NCBI GenBank assembly: GCA_043228905.1
Contig: JBHGNT010000018.1
Span: 744,001-808,000 of the forward strand
Reading direction: 5' to 3'
DNA length: 64,000 nucleotides
Origin: Azolla caroliniana
Taxonomy: Eukaryota > Plantae > Polypodiophyta
The notes beneath the pieces were generated by a model. That model did no database searches. It had not been told where the DNA came from and worked only from the letters and a program-made list of their open reading frames with translations. Both the position numbers and the translations under genes were made by a program. Position 1 is the stretch's first letter. Each line of letters starts with the position of its first letter. Below are positions 1-13,529 of the stretch, in pieces.

Positions 1-859
1 TAAATGCCCCAGTTTGGTTTCAACTTCCCTAAATGGTTTTGATTTAAATAGTTTGGTTTACCTTTTCTTAAATGGTTTGGTTTAATGGCTTGAAAGTTCA
101 CAAACAGTTTGGTTTGGTTTTTGTTTTATATAAATGGCTTGGTTTCAAGGCAAAGAAACTGAACCGAACCAAGCCCATTGCTAGATACATATATGAGAAG
201 CACTTCATAGAACAAAAATATTATTTACTTCACAAGGAAATTGTGTTAGATAAAGCTTAATTATTATTAAACTTAACTTTAAATACATTGTATGTTGTCT
301 TCTCTCAACCTAACCAGTTGCAAGAGTAGTATTGCTAGATTTGTACAAGCTTCCATTCCATTATATATACTTTGAGAGCATTAATTTGGTTCACATATTC
401 GAGCACTTCACATATTTTGTAACATGGTTTGAACTTTGAACTTCTTTAAGAAACATCAATATCCTTCTCCCTTTATCACAACCTTATCACTGATGGTGTT
501 ATTTTTAAAAAATTTGAATGTTGCCTAATTCCTTCAATTAAATATACCCACAGATTACATACCAACCTTGTAGATTTATCAATGTAGTTGTCTCTTTAGC
601 AATTATTACATCTCTATGGATAATGGCAGAGACATTTCACACAAACTAAACACGACTTACTAATGCACTTGGTAGCATAAATTTTGGTAATAGCTCAAAG
701 TTCCATACGATGTTAATTATGAACCTAACACCTAACATTGTAGTTTATGTGTAGACTTACCTTTTTAATGATCCTATGTATATCACGAAAAAATGTTTGT
801 GTGGAGTAGATGAAAGAATTATAATCAAATTATGAAACCATATTTTGCAAACTGATCCA

Positions 860-2660
860 AAGCTTAGTTTGCATGGTCTTCTTGTGTTGCACTCTCACCA
901 ATGCCTCTTGGATATAGAAATTTGTAGATGACATCTCAGACTACATACAATGGGACGTGGAAAATCTAAAGAAGCTAGTAAGTGGACTATCCTTGTTTTG
1001 CAAGAGATCAAAATCCATGATCAATTGGCATAAATCCTGTGCAATATGGCTTTATGATGAATCACATCTTGCATGGAACCCACATCCCAGTCTCATGTGG
1101 ATCAATCAAGGAGCGAGCACCAAATATTTGGGTTTCTAAATCGGCTTCAACATTCCTTCAGAGACAATGATTACACCAATTATTCACTCCATTTGAAAAA
1201 AGTTGATACATTGGAGCTCGAAAAAACTCTCATGAGTAGGTCACATCATAGTGGCAAATCAAGTATTACACGCAATAGTGTGGTACAACCTATCATGCAG
1301 GACAATCTTGAAGGAAAGTATACATTAGATTCAACAACTAGTACACAACTACATTTGGTCCGATAAGAAAGATCATGCAACTCGGGCAAAGGTGGCGTGA
1401 CATGTGCTCACATTACCCAAGTTGATCTGAGGAGGGTTGGGTTGGGTTGATCCCCTCTCACAGTCCAAAGCATTACTCGCCAAATTTGTGGTGCGAGGAC
1501 TCCAACTAGGGGATGATTGTTGGAAAATGCTATTGTGAATTCACTTTGCTTCCTTTATGCCATGGAAAGGGGCCAGTTGGGCCCCTCAGATGGGATGCAT
1601 TCTAAACATGGATCTCAAACCAAGTTTCTCATGCGAATTGGAGGATAGATTCAGTGCATCCATGTGGAAGGCGTGGTGTGACATAAGATGACGACTCAAG
1701 TGTGATCGACCTAACTCCAAACCTGCTTGGCTCCATCAATGCATCATGTGGAACCCATGTATCAGAGATGAATTGGGCCAACTAATTGGATCAAGTAAGG
1801 GGCTATCATGGGGAAGCATTGCAAAAGGTCCAAGAAATAGTATAGAATGTTGGAGATGAATTATGTCATTGCCACTACAAGATCAAGACAACATACTCCA
1901 TGGAATCAAGGGTGAATGGACTATGATATTTGAAATTATGAACGCTCTGTTGCTTGGGGAAGCTCCTACTCAAAGGACAACAATGGAGAAATGGATAGGC
2001 TACAAGGAGGAGGGCCCTTTGATCCCAAGAGGTAGGGAAACACCGGATAAGATCCAGGGCCATGAACTTGAGACAATGAAGTACCAACATCGAACATCGC
2101 AATTCGAGTACTCATATATACTAGCTGTAAATGGATTGTAGATTCCATTCGGATCAAAGTAACAACCATAATGACACATATGTACTCATGAAAACACATG
2201 CCTATGTAAGGTTAATTGGGACCCTTTGCAATCGATGTGGTGCAATCCTTATATAGGTCAAAGAAGCAAAACCATCCCTTTCATCCAATTCATGACTAGA
2301 TTGGGTTGTCACATTCAAGCCGCTCAAACTGCCTGAGAGCTAGATGCTACAAAGATATGGCACACATACTATGTTCCCCATACAATTATTACAATGTTAA
2401 ATGACAGAAAATATGGAAATAAGGCCATGCTAGGCAAATTACCACGTTCCAATGGATATTAATACATAGGTCACTATAAAGGGATATGGAGTGAAGTTGT
2501 AGCCCCTCTACGATGGCCTCACGAGCAAATTCGATAGAGTCAAAAGACAACGATTAGCCTTCATCCAACAATGGTTGTCCTCTCCTTTTCTTGAGTCACT
2601 GGGCCTCCACATAAGGCGGAATTATTGCATCCCTATTGGGATTTTTATATAACATTCTCA
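860..2660 (+). mobile_element. Heavily decayed LINE (L1-type) ORF2 remnant: RT C-terminal part and downstream region
   Basis: FVDD-like motif near 921-933; ORF 957-1139 reads ...SKSMINWHKS...KYLGF as in LINE RT domains 6-7; AKVAW..LTLPK..GGLG-like remnant near 1385-1450; many stops and frameshifts; ends approximate. Confidence 0.6.
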
Positions 2661-2889
2661 TCTGTAAAATTTGATAACTAATTGAAGGAGTTTGTTTTTG
2701 GAAAAAAGAAGAAGTTACGCACATGTGTGTGAAAGTCAAGTGGATTCACTAACTTAGGAATTGAACTATGCACAAGTGTGTGGTCGTCAGGGGGACAACC
2801 TCGAGTTTTGGAGCAATGTCACAACAAATGATGGTCACCAGGGGGGGCAACTTTGAGTTTCTATGCAACATCTTGATGAATGTTAACTT

Positions 2890-4431
2890 CACAGTGTTGC
2901 TGATGCACTAAGTCACATCCGTGAAGTTAACATGCTTAGCTTCACTGAAATAACATTAGATCTTTATGATCACCTTCGAGGAAAGTATCCTAATGATAGT
3001 TATTTTGCGAAATACTGGGCAAGAGTTGAATCTAGAACAGACACCACCACATCCTCGAAGGAGTACTTCCACATTGCTAATGGTTTGCTCTACCGTAATG
3101 GGAATGTTTGTGTTCCAGATTTGCTTGAGGTAAAAAAGAGAATTCTTTTTGAATGCCATGATGCACCCTCTGCGGGGCACCCTGGAATACATCGTACACT
3201 CGTTCTAATCTCCACTCATTTATATTGGCCTAAGATGCACCCTGGCATACATAGCTATGTGACTAAATATCACCAATGTTAGGTTAACAAAGCCGAGCGA
3301 CTTAAAGCCGCAAGACTTTTACATCCCTTGGACATTCCCAATAATAAGTGGGAAAGTATATCCATGGATTTTATTGTTAGCCTTCCTCGCACCCAAAAAG
3401 GCCATGATGCCATTTGGGTTGTGGTTGATAACTAACTAAAATGGCAAGATTTATTGCTACTAAAACCACGGTAACAACTCATGAATTGGCTTACCAATTC
3501 GTTGATGAGTTATTTCCTTTTTATGGGTTATCGATGGATATTGTGAGTGATCGAGATCCAAAATTTACTAGTGACTTCTAGACGCAAGTCTTTAAGAAGT
3601 TAGAAACTACATTGAGCATGAGCTCCACGAATCATCCTCAATCTGATGGACAGACAGAACGAGTAAATCAAATTATTGAGGACATGCTTCGAGCATACGT
3701 TGGTACAAAACCAACAAAATGGGAACGTTATCTCCCAATTTTGGAGTTTGCTTATAACAACTCCAAGCATACGTCGACGGGATATAGTCCTTTTATGTTG
3801 ATGTATGGTTTTTAGGTACGAGCCCCGATTGATGTTAATATACATCATGATGAGTTGCGAAGTACGCAAAACTTTCTTCGAGATATGCAAGATATGTTGC
3901 ATATTGCACGAGATAATATAAAAACAACTCAAGATAGAGCCCGTTTTTATGCCGATCATCATAGGCAACCTCGTGTATTCAACCCTGGACAGAAGGTATT
4001 TTTACGTGTACCTCACAATTCTAAGACATTGTCTAAGGGTAAGTGTGCTACGTTAGCTCCACGGGTTTGTGGACCTTTTACATTCCTCAAACGCATTGGG
4101 TCATCAACCTATCGTCTCGCTCTTCCCGATGGTGTTGAAATTCATCCAGTTTTTCATGTGAGTCGTCTAAAAGAACTTCTAGGTTCTGGCGACAATACAG
4201 TTACAACTGCAACTCTGGTTACTTCTGAAGAATCATCTTCTAAACCACATGTACCAGAAAGAATTCTCGATGTTAAAACAAAAAAATTACGTACTAAAGA
4301 AATCCAAGAATTCAAAATAAAATGGATGGATAAATCAATAAAAGACGCCACATGGGAACGCGAAAATATTCTCAGAACTAACTTCCCTAACTTTCCATTA
4401 CAAGAGTGCAATGTTTTAAAGAAGGGGAGTA
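2890..4431 (+). pseudogene. Ty3/gypsy chromovirus pol 3' fragment: RNase H end, integrase, chromodomain
   Basis: VADALS; HDAPSAGHPG zinc-binding region; HPQSDGQTERVN; GPF and HPVFHVS motifs; chromodomain PERILD...FKIKW....DATWE; PPT aagaaggggag near 4419-4429. Confidence 0.9.
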
Positions 4432-4890
4432 TGTTACGGGCATGCCCATATAATATCCCGTGGTGAGAATTTACCGTAGTATTCTATACATGTGGATAAG
4501 TGTGAGGGTTAAACGAGAGTTTAAAGAAGGGGAGGATTACTTTTAATCCTCAGGATTGAGACAACCCATTAGGCCAAGTGTGAACTTGCCTGGGGGCCTT
4601 GGGTATCGCTATAAATAAGAGGCCTAGCTACCCTCATTTCATCATCTTTTGACTACGTCGAGACTTTGTTTCGTGGTGGTTCAACTCTTGTAGCGAGCGC
4701 GCCAACACCATGTACAACTAGACGCCACAACGGTGGTATGGGACGCCGATCGAGGCTTGAGTCCGTCTCGATCCCTTCGTTCGGGTGGATCAACACCCTT
4801 CTTTCTCTCTCTCCTTTCTATCTATCTACATATCATTCTTTTCTCCTTATCATACGCTTACATTAGATCATATCTCTAATAGTGTGTGTG
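4432..4890 (+). repeat. 3' LTR of the chromovirus fragment, truncated at its 3' end
   Basis: Starts TGTTACGG right after the PPT; TATAAATA near 4610; no terminal CA found, joins the next element's LTR at a (GT)n tract. Confidence 0.7.
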
Positions 4891-6756
4891 TGTCTATACA
4901 ACAACAACTCTCAACTGAAAGTAATAACCACATTCTCTATAACCATTTGCCCTAATTATATTTATAATTATATAACTTACAAGCTATTTACAAATGTGGC
5001 CTCAATGGCCCATAAGAAACATATTTACAAATCTGTCTGTATTCACGGTTCATACTAGATACGGCCGAAACCTTATGCTTTCATCCTATCCGGCTTCCGA
5101 ATATCCTTCCGGATTCATCCAATCTGGCTTGACCGGTCCCCATCCGGAGGGACTGATATCTCAACAATCTCTCCTTTCACTTCGGCATGGGGTCTTCGTT
5201 AACCCATTTCGTCTGCGGCACGAGTCTTGTTCTTGTTCTTCTACTCTCTCCCGAAGCCAGTGGTATCTGCACTGGATGTGCTTCGTCTTGGAGTGGTAGG
5301 CCACGTTCTTTGCAAGGTGGATGACACTTTCACTGTCGTAGTACAACCGGTATTCCTCCTGTTGGATCCCCAACTCTCCGATTAAGTCCTTCATCCAAAC
5401 TATTTCCTTGCCGGCTTCCACGGCTTCCACGGCTTCCACGACCGCCATGTACTCCGCTTCTGCTGTTGACAGTGCAACATGCTTATGTAGCCTTGACTGC
5501 CATGATATGGCTCCCCCCTGCAAATGTCATGACGTATCCGAATGTAGACCGGTTGGTGTCCACATCAGCTGACATGTCCGAATCGATGAATCCTTCAAGT
5601 TGGCGTTTACCTGAGCCAAATCGTAGGCACAAGCTCAAGGTGCCTTTTAGGTACCGAAGTATCCACTTGACGACTGCCCAGTGGTCCTTTACTGGATTGC
5701 TCATGGATCGGCTTACTATGTTGACTGCATAACCGATGTTCAGTCGTGTACCCACCATTGCGTACACGAGACTTCCGACTGCAGAGGTATACAATATCTT
5801 CATCATTTCCGACTTCTTTGCCTTTGTCTTTGGGCTCTATTTTCTGGACAACTTGCAATTTTCCGGAAGTGTCGACCTGGCCAGCTTGGCATCTCACATG
5901 CTGAACCTTTGAAGCACCTTTTTCATGTACTTCCCCTGTGACATCTACAACTGTTTCTTCGTCCGGTTCCGGATTATGTGCATCCCCAAAATCTATTTCG
6001 ATGGACCCATATCTTTCATTGCGAACGACCGGGTCAAGGCCTTCTTTAGCATCCCGATTTTGATACGGTCCCGTTCGACGATCAACATGTCGTCCACGTA
6101 CAATAGTAGTATCAAGAAGTCTCCTCCATCGAACTTCTTCACGAATACATAGTGGTCGGCCTGCATCTTGTGGTATCCTTGATTGGTCATGAAGAAGTCA
6201 AACTTCCGATACCATTGCCGGGGGGCTTGCTTCAGTCTGTATAAGCTCTTCTTCAACCGGCACACCAGGTTCTCCTTCCCTTTCTTGACGAATCACTCCG
6301 GTTGTTGCATGTAGATCTCTTCCTTGAGGTTATCGTGTAGGAACGCCATCGTGACATCTAGTTGCTCGACCTCGAGGTCCATGCTTGCCACTATGCTTAG
6401 CATTGTCCGGAGGGATGCCATCTTGACTATCAGGGCAAAGATCTCATTGAAATCCATTCCTTTCTTCTACTGGAATCTTTTCACCATGATCCAGGCTCTG
6501 TATCTTGGTGGATTCCCCGCATCTCCCGGTTTTAACTTGTACACCCACTTGTTCCGGAGCGCTCTCTTTCCTTTCGGCAACTTCGTCAATTCGTATGTAT
6601 GGTTCTCATGCAGAGAATTCATTTCATCATGCATGGCACTCAACCGCTTTTGGTTGTGCTGCTTCTTCAAAGCTTTCCGGCTCCTCCTCGTTGGTCAACA
6701 ATATATGCTCTTCTTCCGGAAATCTCCAGGGGGCACTTCTCTCCCTAAGAGGATAT

Positions 6757-7448
6757 TGATGAAGAGATAGAGAAAAATGATAGAGAAGAGAGGAGGAGGA
6801 AAAAAGAATGCTTCAATATACTAATAAGAAAAGAATACAATACTCTTATACTCTAAGAGTAACAAAAACCAAATAACTACTTAAATATAATATTAGACAA
6901 AAAAGTCTTTCCTTCTTCACCCTTTCTTCTACTAAGCTTCTTATAACCCTCTTATTCTTTCTCCCTTCTTCTTGTAGATAATCTATCCCATCCTTGTGGA
7001 TATTCTATTCCTCATCCATCCCCTTAATTGCTAAGAATACTGCATATTTATAGGTTTTTAGTTGCGTTATTCTTGCTTTTTTCTTTTCTTTTCTTTTACA
7101 TATCCTCGAGTTTGTGTGGTGCGTTTTTCATATAATCATTTTTGGGGTTTCATCCAATTTTTTCATATAAGAAAGCTCTCTTTGTCAGATTTCTTGTGAA
7201 TCTTTTCTTTTGAAATTTGGATAAGAGATGAAGAAGTTATGAGCTTTTTTCTCTACCTTGCTTTTTTTGCTTAATTTCCTACGTTTTTCTTCTTTTTCTA
7301 CCTTTGAAAAACGCCTCTAACTTTATTTCTCTTCAATTTCATTTATCTTTTAACTCTTGGACCTTTCATATTGTGCTTTATTCTTCTATACCTTCGCATC
7401 CAATCTATTTGTCACGGTCTTTTCCTATGAGCAAAAATTGACTTCACA
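6757..7448. mobile_element. Solo LTR (692 bp, AT-rich) inserted in element A
   Basis: TGATGAAG...CTTCACA termini; 5-bp TSD GATAT (6752-6756 and 7449-7453); copia coding sequence resumes on both sides. Confidence 0.85.
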
Positions 7449-9455
7449 GATATCTTCTTCCTTGGTTCTCTAACACCGGTTCTTCATCCGAATCTGGTCG
7501 AGATCTTGTCCGGTTTCGGTGTCTGGATCTTCTTCGATCGGTTCGGTTCTTTGTCTGAGTTCGATCGGTTCCCTATGGTCTTCGGTTGACATTCGGCTTC
7601 CGACCGGATGAATCCTCGCATCTTCAAACCGATCTCTATCAGTTGATCTGGAGGATGCTATCTTCTTCTCTGACTCCCAGTCGGCAATGGTCTTGTCTTC
7701 CATGAAGACTATGTCTCGACTTCGGAAGACCTTCTTGTTGACCAAGTCCCACACTCGGTAGCCAAACTCATCATTGCCATATCCAAGAAATATGCACAAT
7801 CGGGATTTCGGGTCCAATTTTGCTCTATTGTCCTTTGCTATATGCACATAAGCAAGATAACTGAACACCTTCAAATGCCGTAAGACATGTCTTTACCAGT
7901 CCATACTCTCTGTGGTGTATCTCCTTCCAAGGGTGTTGAGGGTGATCTGTTTACCACAAACATCGCTGTCATTAGCGCCTCAGCCCAAAATGTCTTGGAC
8001 AACTTGGCATGTGCAAGCATACTCAAGACTCTCCACATGTCTCCTATGACTCTCCACATGTCTCCTATGCCTACAATTCGGCATGCATCTTCATTCCCCA
8101 TCCTCACATAGCCGTGATCTCTGGCTCTGCAAGATGCGAAGCACTTCTGGTCGAGGGTCAGATGGAACAACGCTCCATAGTCGACAACACACGTCATTTC
8201 ATCGCTGGCAAGATGTAGCTCGCTCTCCTCAGTGATGAGCAACCGTTCTTCTTCGCTTGTCGCGTTTGCCGATGTTCCTTTCCAATCCGAACTCTTCCGG
8301 TCCGGACCCTTCTTCGAGTCAACATTGTCAGCTCCCCCTTTCTCCTTCTAGAAGTGTTGGCAATTCTTCTTGAAGTGCCTCAACTTCCCACAATAGAAGT
8401 ACGTGGGCCTCCCCCTTGACTTTGACCTCGTCCCCGACTTTTCCCGGTTTTGGGGACTTCCATTTCGGCCTCTCCCTCGTTGTGTGTCGGTTTCGGTAAC
8501 TAGGGCTTTTGAGTCGGAGATCACTTCCTTGTCTTTCTGATGAGCCTCTTCATCCAACAAGCTTGATTTTACTCTTGCTAGGGATAGGTGTTTCCCTTTC
8601 GGCCTGGTGTAGCCCAAAGTGACAACTAATGTCTCCCAACTGTCCGGGAGGGAACTAAGCAGTAACAACGCGAGTACCTCATCAACTAGAGTTACCTCCA
8701 ATGAGGTAGTTTGATTTATAAGCCCCTGGAAGGCATTCATGTGCTCCGCCATGCTAGAGCTATCTTGTTATCTGAGTCTCACTAACTTTGAAAGACCGAG
8801 ACTCGATTTACGACATTCTTGTTCTCAAACGTGATGCTTATCTTCTCCCAGAGCTCGTGGGCTTTCTTCTCCTCATTGAAGTTGTTGTATAGGCTCATGT
8901 TGATGAAACATCGAATGTAGGCCGTTGTCTTCATCTGCATCACCTCCCATGTCGGTGCATCTATTTTGTCCGGTTTTGCATCTCCAAACTGTACCGGCAG
9001 CTAGAGATCTTTTACCACCGACATGTCTCTGATCTTCGACTTCCACATTGAATAGTTGGAGCCGGTGAACTTGAACCTGCCGCCGAAACCAAATTACTTT
9101 GATACCAATTTGACAAGAATAGTGCTCGGTTGAAACTCAGTTCCAATCACTCTATGGAAGAAACAGAAATAAGAAATAAGGATGAATGCACTTAAACAAT
9201 CAAATGAGACTACACAAGATGTTTACATGGAAAACCTCAAGGAGGCAAAACCACAGGAGTTCGCAAACACCAAACAGGATCACTATAGAGAAGATGTGCA
9301 CCAATGTGTGAGTAAGAAGAAATGACCTCGAGCTCTACCTTCGCCAACCAGCGGTTACAACAAAAAGGTTTCTCTCTCTCTCTCTCTCTCTATACAACAA
9401 CTCTCAACTGAAAGTAATAACCACACTTTCTATAACCATTTGTTATATTTATACT

Positions 9456-10166
9456 CATAGATTGACATATTCGCATTTGTCGGGTTTCCCATTCGAATGC
9501 AAACGAATATGAATACAAATGGGTGGTCAAGTATTCGTTTAACACAAAAAAAAGAAGAATATTTAAACTCTGTCTTTTTTAATTTCCTAGGATACAAAAA
9601 AGGAACTTGACAATAAATAGGGATAATAAAAGAGGGACTTGGGGATTTGACACTATTAAATTTTTATAATAAATGTATAACTTATAACTTATAAGTATGT
9701 ATTCGTTTTATTTTTAATAAAAATAAAATAAAAATAAAAATAAAGGCTCATTAATTTCTCACTTTTTATTCCCTCAAAGTTTATGGACATTTTTATTTTG
9801 ACATTAAAAATAGTACTTCACACTAATTATATCTTCAAAGTTCATACTAATTATATTTGTAAGTATAACTAAATTTTTATAATAAATGTATAACTTATAA
9901 CTTATAAGTATTTGTTTTTAAAAAATAAAAAAATAAAATGATTAATTAAAATAAGTTTCATAATCTCTCTTGACACTATAATTTATTAATGAATAATTGT
10001 TCTTTTTTTGGTGAAATAAATTTAAATAAATAAATAAATAAATATTTTATATATATTTTGCAAAACGAATGGGTTTTTAATATTCTTGGGGCCATTTCGT
10101 ATTCTCGAATATTGAGAATATTGCACATGGAGAATATCACGAATATCATGCATGTGTCAATCTATG
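9456..10166. mobile_element. hAT-type MITE (711 bp) inside the 5' LTR of element A
   Basis: 12-bp TIR CATAGATTGACA/TGTCAATCTATG; 8-bp TSD TTTATACT (9448-9455 and 10167-10174); absent from the sister LTR; non-coding and very AT-rich. Confidence 0.9.
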
Positions 10167-10338
10167 TTTATACTTATATAACTTACGGGCTATTTACAAA
10201 TGTGGCCTCAATGGCCCATAAGAAACATATTTACAAATCTGTCTCTCTTCACGGTTCATACTGGATTGGCTGAAACTAGCTCGACCAATCCCCATCCGGA
10301 GGGACCAATATCTCAACAATCATATCACTTATGCTAGT

Positions 10339-13300
10339 TGTTGAGCGAGCAAGCTCAACCGGATCCGGATCGGCTGAGTAAGCCAGAGCTGGATCGGTCT
10401 CTGGATGATATCTGGAACTAGGAGCTGGATCAGAGAGACGGATCGGGGAGCCGGATTCAAATGTGAACCGGAAGGCTAGTTGTAGCCTATACTCCTAGAC
10501 TACTAAGTAGTCAGAGTCCTCGTAGTTAGTGTCATCCGCTCGTATGAGCATTGAAGTACATAATACTTTTGTCAATCCTTTTGAGGGCTTGTATAAATAG
10601 TGCTGTTTAGCACGTTGTATAGATAGAGAGTTACATAGTGTTATTTTTGAATTGAGTTTATGCTCTCCCTCTCTCTGTCTCTCCCATGTATGCTAAGTAC
10701 TCTCTAGCTTCCATTGAACCTGTTTTTATTCTCTGTTGCTGCTTGTCTAAACCGGTTTTGTCAAGCTTCCGCACGCTAACTTTTACATGGTATCAGAGCG
10801 TGAGGGTTGAGACTCCTCTGCAACTGACATACGCTTTCGAAGACAAACCCTAACACCCGGTGAAGAACAGAAGAGAACCAAAGATGAATAGAGGTATGGC
10901 GAGTTCACTTCCCATAGAAAAGCTCGACCGGAGAAACTATGCATCTTGGTCATATAAGATGCACTAGTACATGCTGGGGCATGGATATTGGAACTATGTG
11001 GAAGAAACTAACGAGGCATGGGAGCAAGGAGCGAGCTGAGTATTGTACTGCCTCGCATCCTGTGTGCATGATAAGATGCTCGACTACATCAAGGATGCAA
11101 AAACGCCAAAGGAGGCTTGGGAAAATCTACGGAAGAGTTTTGCTGCAAGTACCACAACCCGTAAATTGCAGCTCCGGCAAGAGCTGAAAAACATCCGATA
11201 GAGAGATATGTCGGTTAGGGACTACACCACCAAGATTAAGGAGATTTGTGATGCACTCGGATCCATCAATGTAACAGTGGAAGAAGACGAGATGATCCAT
11301 ATTTGTGTCGGTGGTCTAGCACAACGGTAGGGCCAATCCGGACGACAATTTGCACCTGGGAGAAGCCACCGTCCTTCTTTGACTTACAATCAATGTCTAT
11401 GGTCGAAGAAAACCACATGAATGGGTCGATGACCACTCAATCAGACAGCTGGATGTTGTACACAAAGTGGGATCGACTCCGTGGGCGTGGAGGACGAGGT
11501 GGGTCGACACATAGTGGAGGCGGATGGCAAGAGTTGAACCGAAGGCACAAAGACGGTGCCGACAATAGTTTTGGACCCTCCACAAGCAGGGGGAGTCAAG
11601 TCGGCGCCGAAAACCGACACAAAATGTTGGTACTGTGGCAAGAAAGGCCACAGAGAGAGCGAGTGCTGGAAGAAGTGTGCCAATTCGGATAAATCCAGAT
11701 CCGGCAAGGCTGGACAAGGGAACCGGCAAAGCTCGCACTACGTAGAAGGATTGGAAGGATCCGGAACTGGGAAGACCGGAAAAGGGCTAGTCTTCATGAT
11801 GAATCACAAGGCGAACTCGATGAAGAACACCACTTCCGGATAGGAGGAAGTATGGTATGTTGATTCCAGAGCATCTAATCATATGACGAGCCATGAAGAG
11901 TGGTTCTCAATTTTAGGGAAACCGGAACAACCGGGGATTGTTGAAACCGGAGATGACACCCCTCACCCAATTGTGCATGTCGGAGAATTCCCTTTAAGAC
12001 ATGTTGGACAAAAGGGAAAGTTGATGAATGTATTACATGTTCCGACTATCACAAAGAACTTGGTATTGGTCAGACAAATAGTCAACCAAGGAATGCAGGT
12101 GCGGTTGACGCACCTCGGGTGCTTCATCGAGGAAGAAGGCCGGATAATTGTGCAAGGGCGCAGAGAAGGGAGGATGTTCATCCTCAAAACAAATGATGTC
12201 GGCTCCGCCATGTTTGCCAAAGGACAAAAGTTTGAATCAGACATCGATCTCTGGCATAAGAGGATTGGCCACGTCAACTATAGGAGGCTTCAAGATCTAC
12301 AATCGAAACAAGTCGTGTTTGGATTCAACAGTTATCTGTAATCGAAACAAGTTGTGTTCGGAATCCAGAGAGAATTCAGCTGCCGATACACACCGAAACA
12401 AAACGGTGTGGCCGAAAGAAAGAATTGGTCAATTGTCGACGCGGCAAGGGCAATGCTGGAGGAGAAGAACATGCCCAATTCTATTGGGCTGAGGCGGTCC
12501 GGACGACCATCTACATTTAAAACTAGATCGGTGACGAGGTGTTAGCACATGAGCTGTATTTCGGGCGAAAGCCGAATTTGAGACACCTTCGGATTTCGAT
12601 AGTATAGCATATGTGCATGTACTGGATGAGAAGCGGAGGAAGCTATATCCGAAATTGGAGAAGTGCATACTTGTCAGCTACTCGCATGAACAGAAGGGGT
12701 ATAAGTGTTATAACCCCCAGACTAAACAGGTACGAGTAAGTCGAGATGTGGAGTTTGATGAGTCGGCATCATGGTACTCCCTACCGACTCCAACTCCAGA
12801 CGAAGACCCGATTCCTGAAGATGAGCCTAGTGAGCCCGAAGAGGTTCAGGTAGAAGATGAAGACTTCGGTATTCTAGATGAGAGTCCGATCTCATTCTGG
12901 CTAAGTGGGCCAAATGAGTGGCTGAGTCGGGATGACTAGTCAGATTAAGAACCATCGAGTAGTGGAGACTCTGACCTGCTGTCCCTGCGCAAGGAACTGA
13001 TGAGACGGTTCACGCGCAAAGAGAAGGGGAAGAAGAAGATGCTGGAATACGATACCGGCAGTGAAGGGTCAGATCGAAGCGAATGTGACCCCGGAAAGGG
13101 AGAAGGCAGATCTTTAGAAATGAAGCGTGAGCTGGCCAAGAAGGGCCTCAAACCAGGTAATGACAAGTTACGCCGATGGACCCACCAAAAGAACCCTGTC
13201 AAGAGGTACGAGTATAATGAGTACATGGTGCATCACTATGCGTACATGACTAAGGTGGTGGAAGTGCCTGAGCCGGAGAGCTACGCAAAAGCAACAAAAG

Positions 13301-13426
13301 ACGCAAATTGGCGTGCTCCTATGGAGGAAGAAATGGTACTCTCTAGCTTCCATTGAACCTGTTTTTATTCTCTGTTGATGCCCGACTAAACTAGTTTTGT
13401 CAAGCTTCCGCACCCTAACTTTTACA
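10339..13426 (+). mobile_element. Copia element B, deletion derivative lacking RT/RNase H and most of the 3' LTR
   Basis: TSD CTAGT on both sides; 5' LTR 10339-10787; PBS tggtatcagagc from 10788; gag CWYCGKKGHRESEC, WYVDS protease, GAG-pre-integrase and partial integrase; last ~90 bp of 3' LTR from ~13337. Confidence 0.92.
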
Positions 13427-13529
13427 CTAGTGATAGAGGAAAATCTTGTTTTACACCAATGGTGCTAGCGAAGCAATTAGATAGGTCGCATGGTGAGAGA
13501 GAAAGAGAGGTGATAAACTCGTTGAATTT

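Larger units (their letters stand above)
4893..10318 (-). mobile_element. Copia element A (Tnt1/Tork-like), degenerate and internally deleted
   Basis: 5' LTR 9111-10318; truncated 3' LTR ~4893-5166; PBS(Met) tggtatcaaagt 9096-9107; PPT adjacent to 5167; gag zinc-knuckle remnant, integrase, RT LLYVDD and RNase H ALSTAEAEY fragments. Confidence 0.9.

Noticed and set aside
1-185. ttggttt/aaccgaacc-rich tract resembling a MITE subterminal region
   Set aside because: Cut by the window edge; no TIR or TSD can be verified.
2781-2860. Two-unit degenerate repeat (tggtc..cagggg..caac.t.gagttt)
   Set aside because: Too short and diverged to assign.
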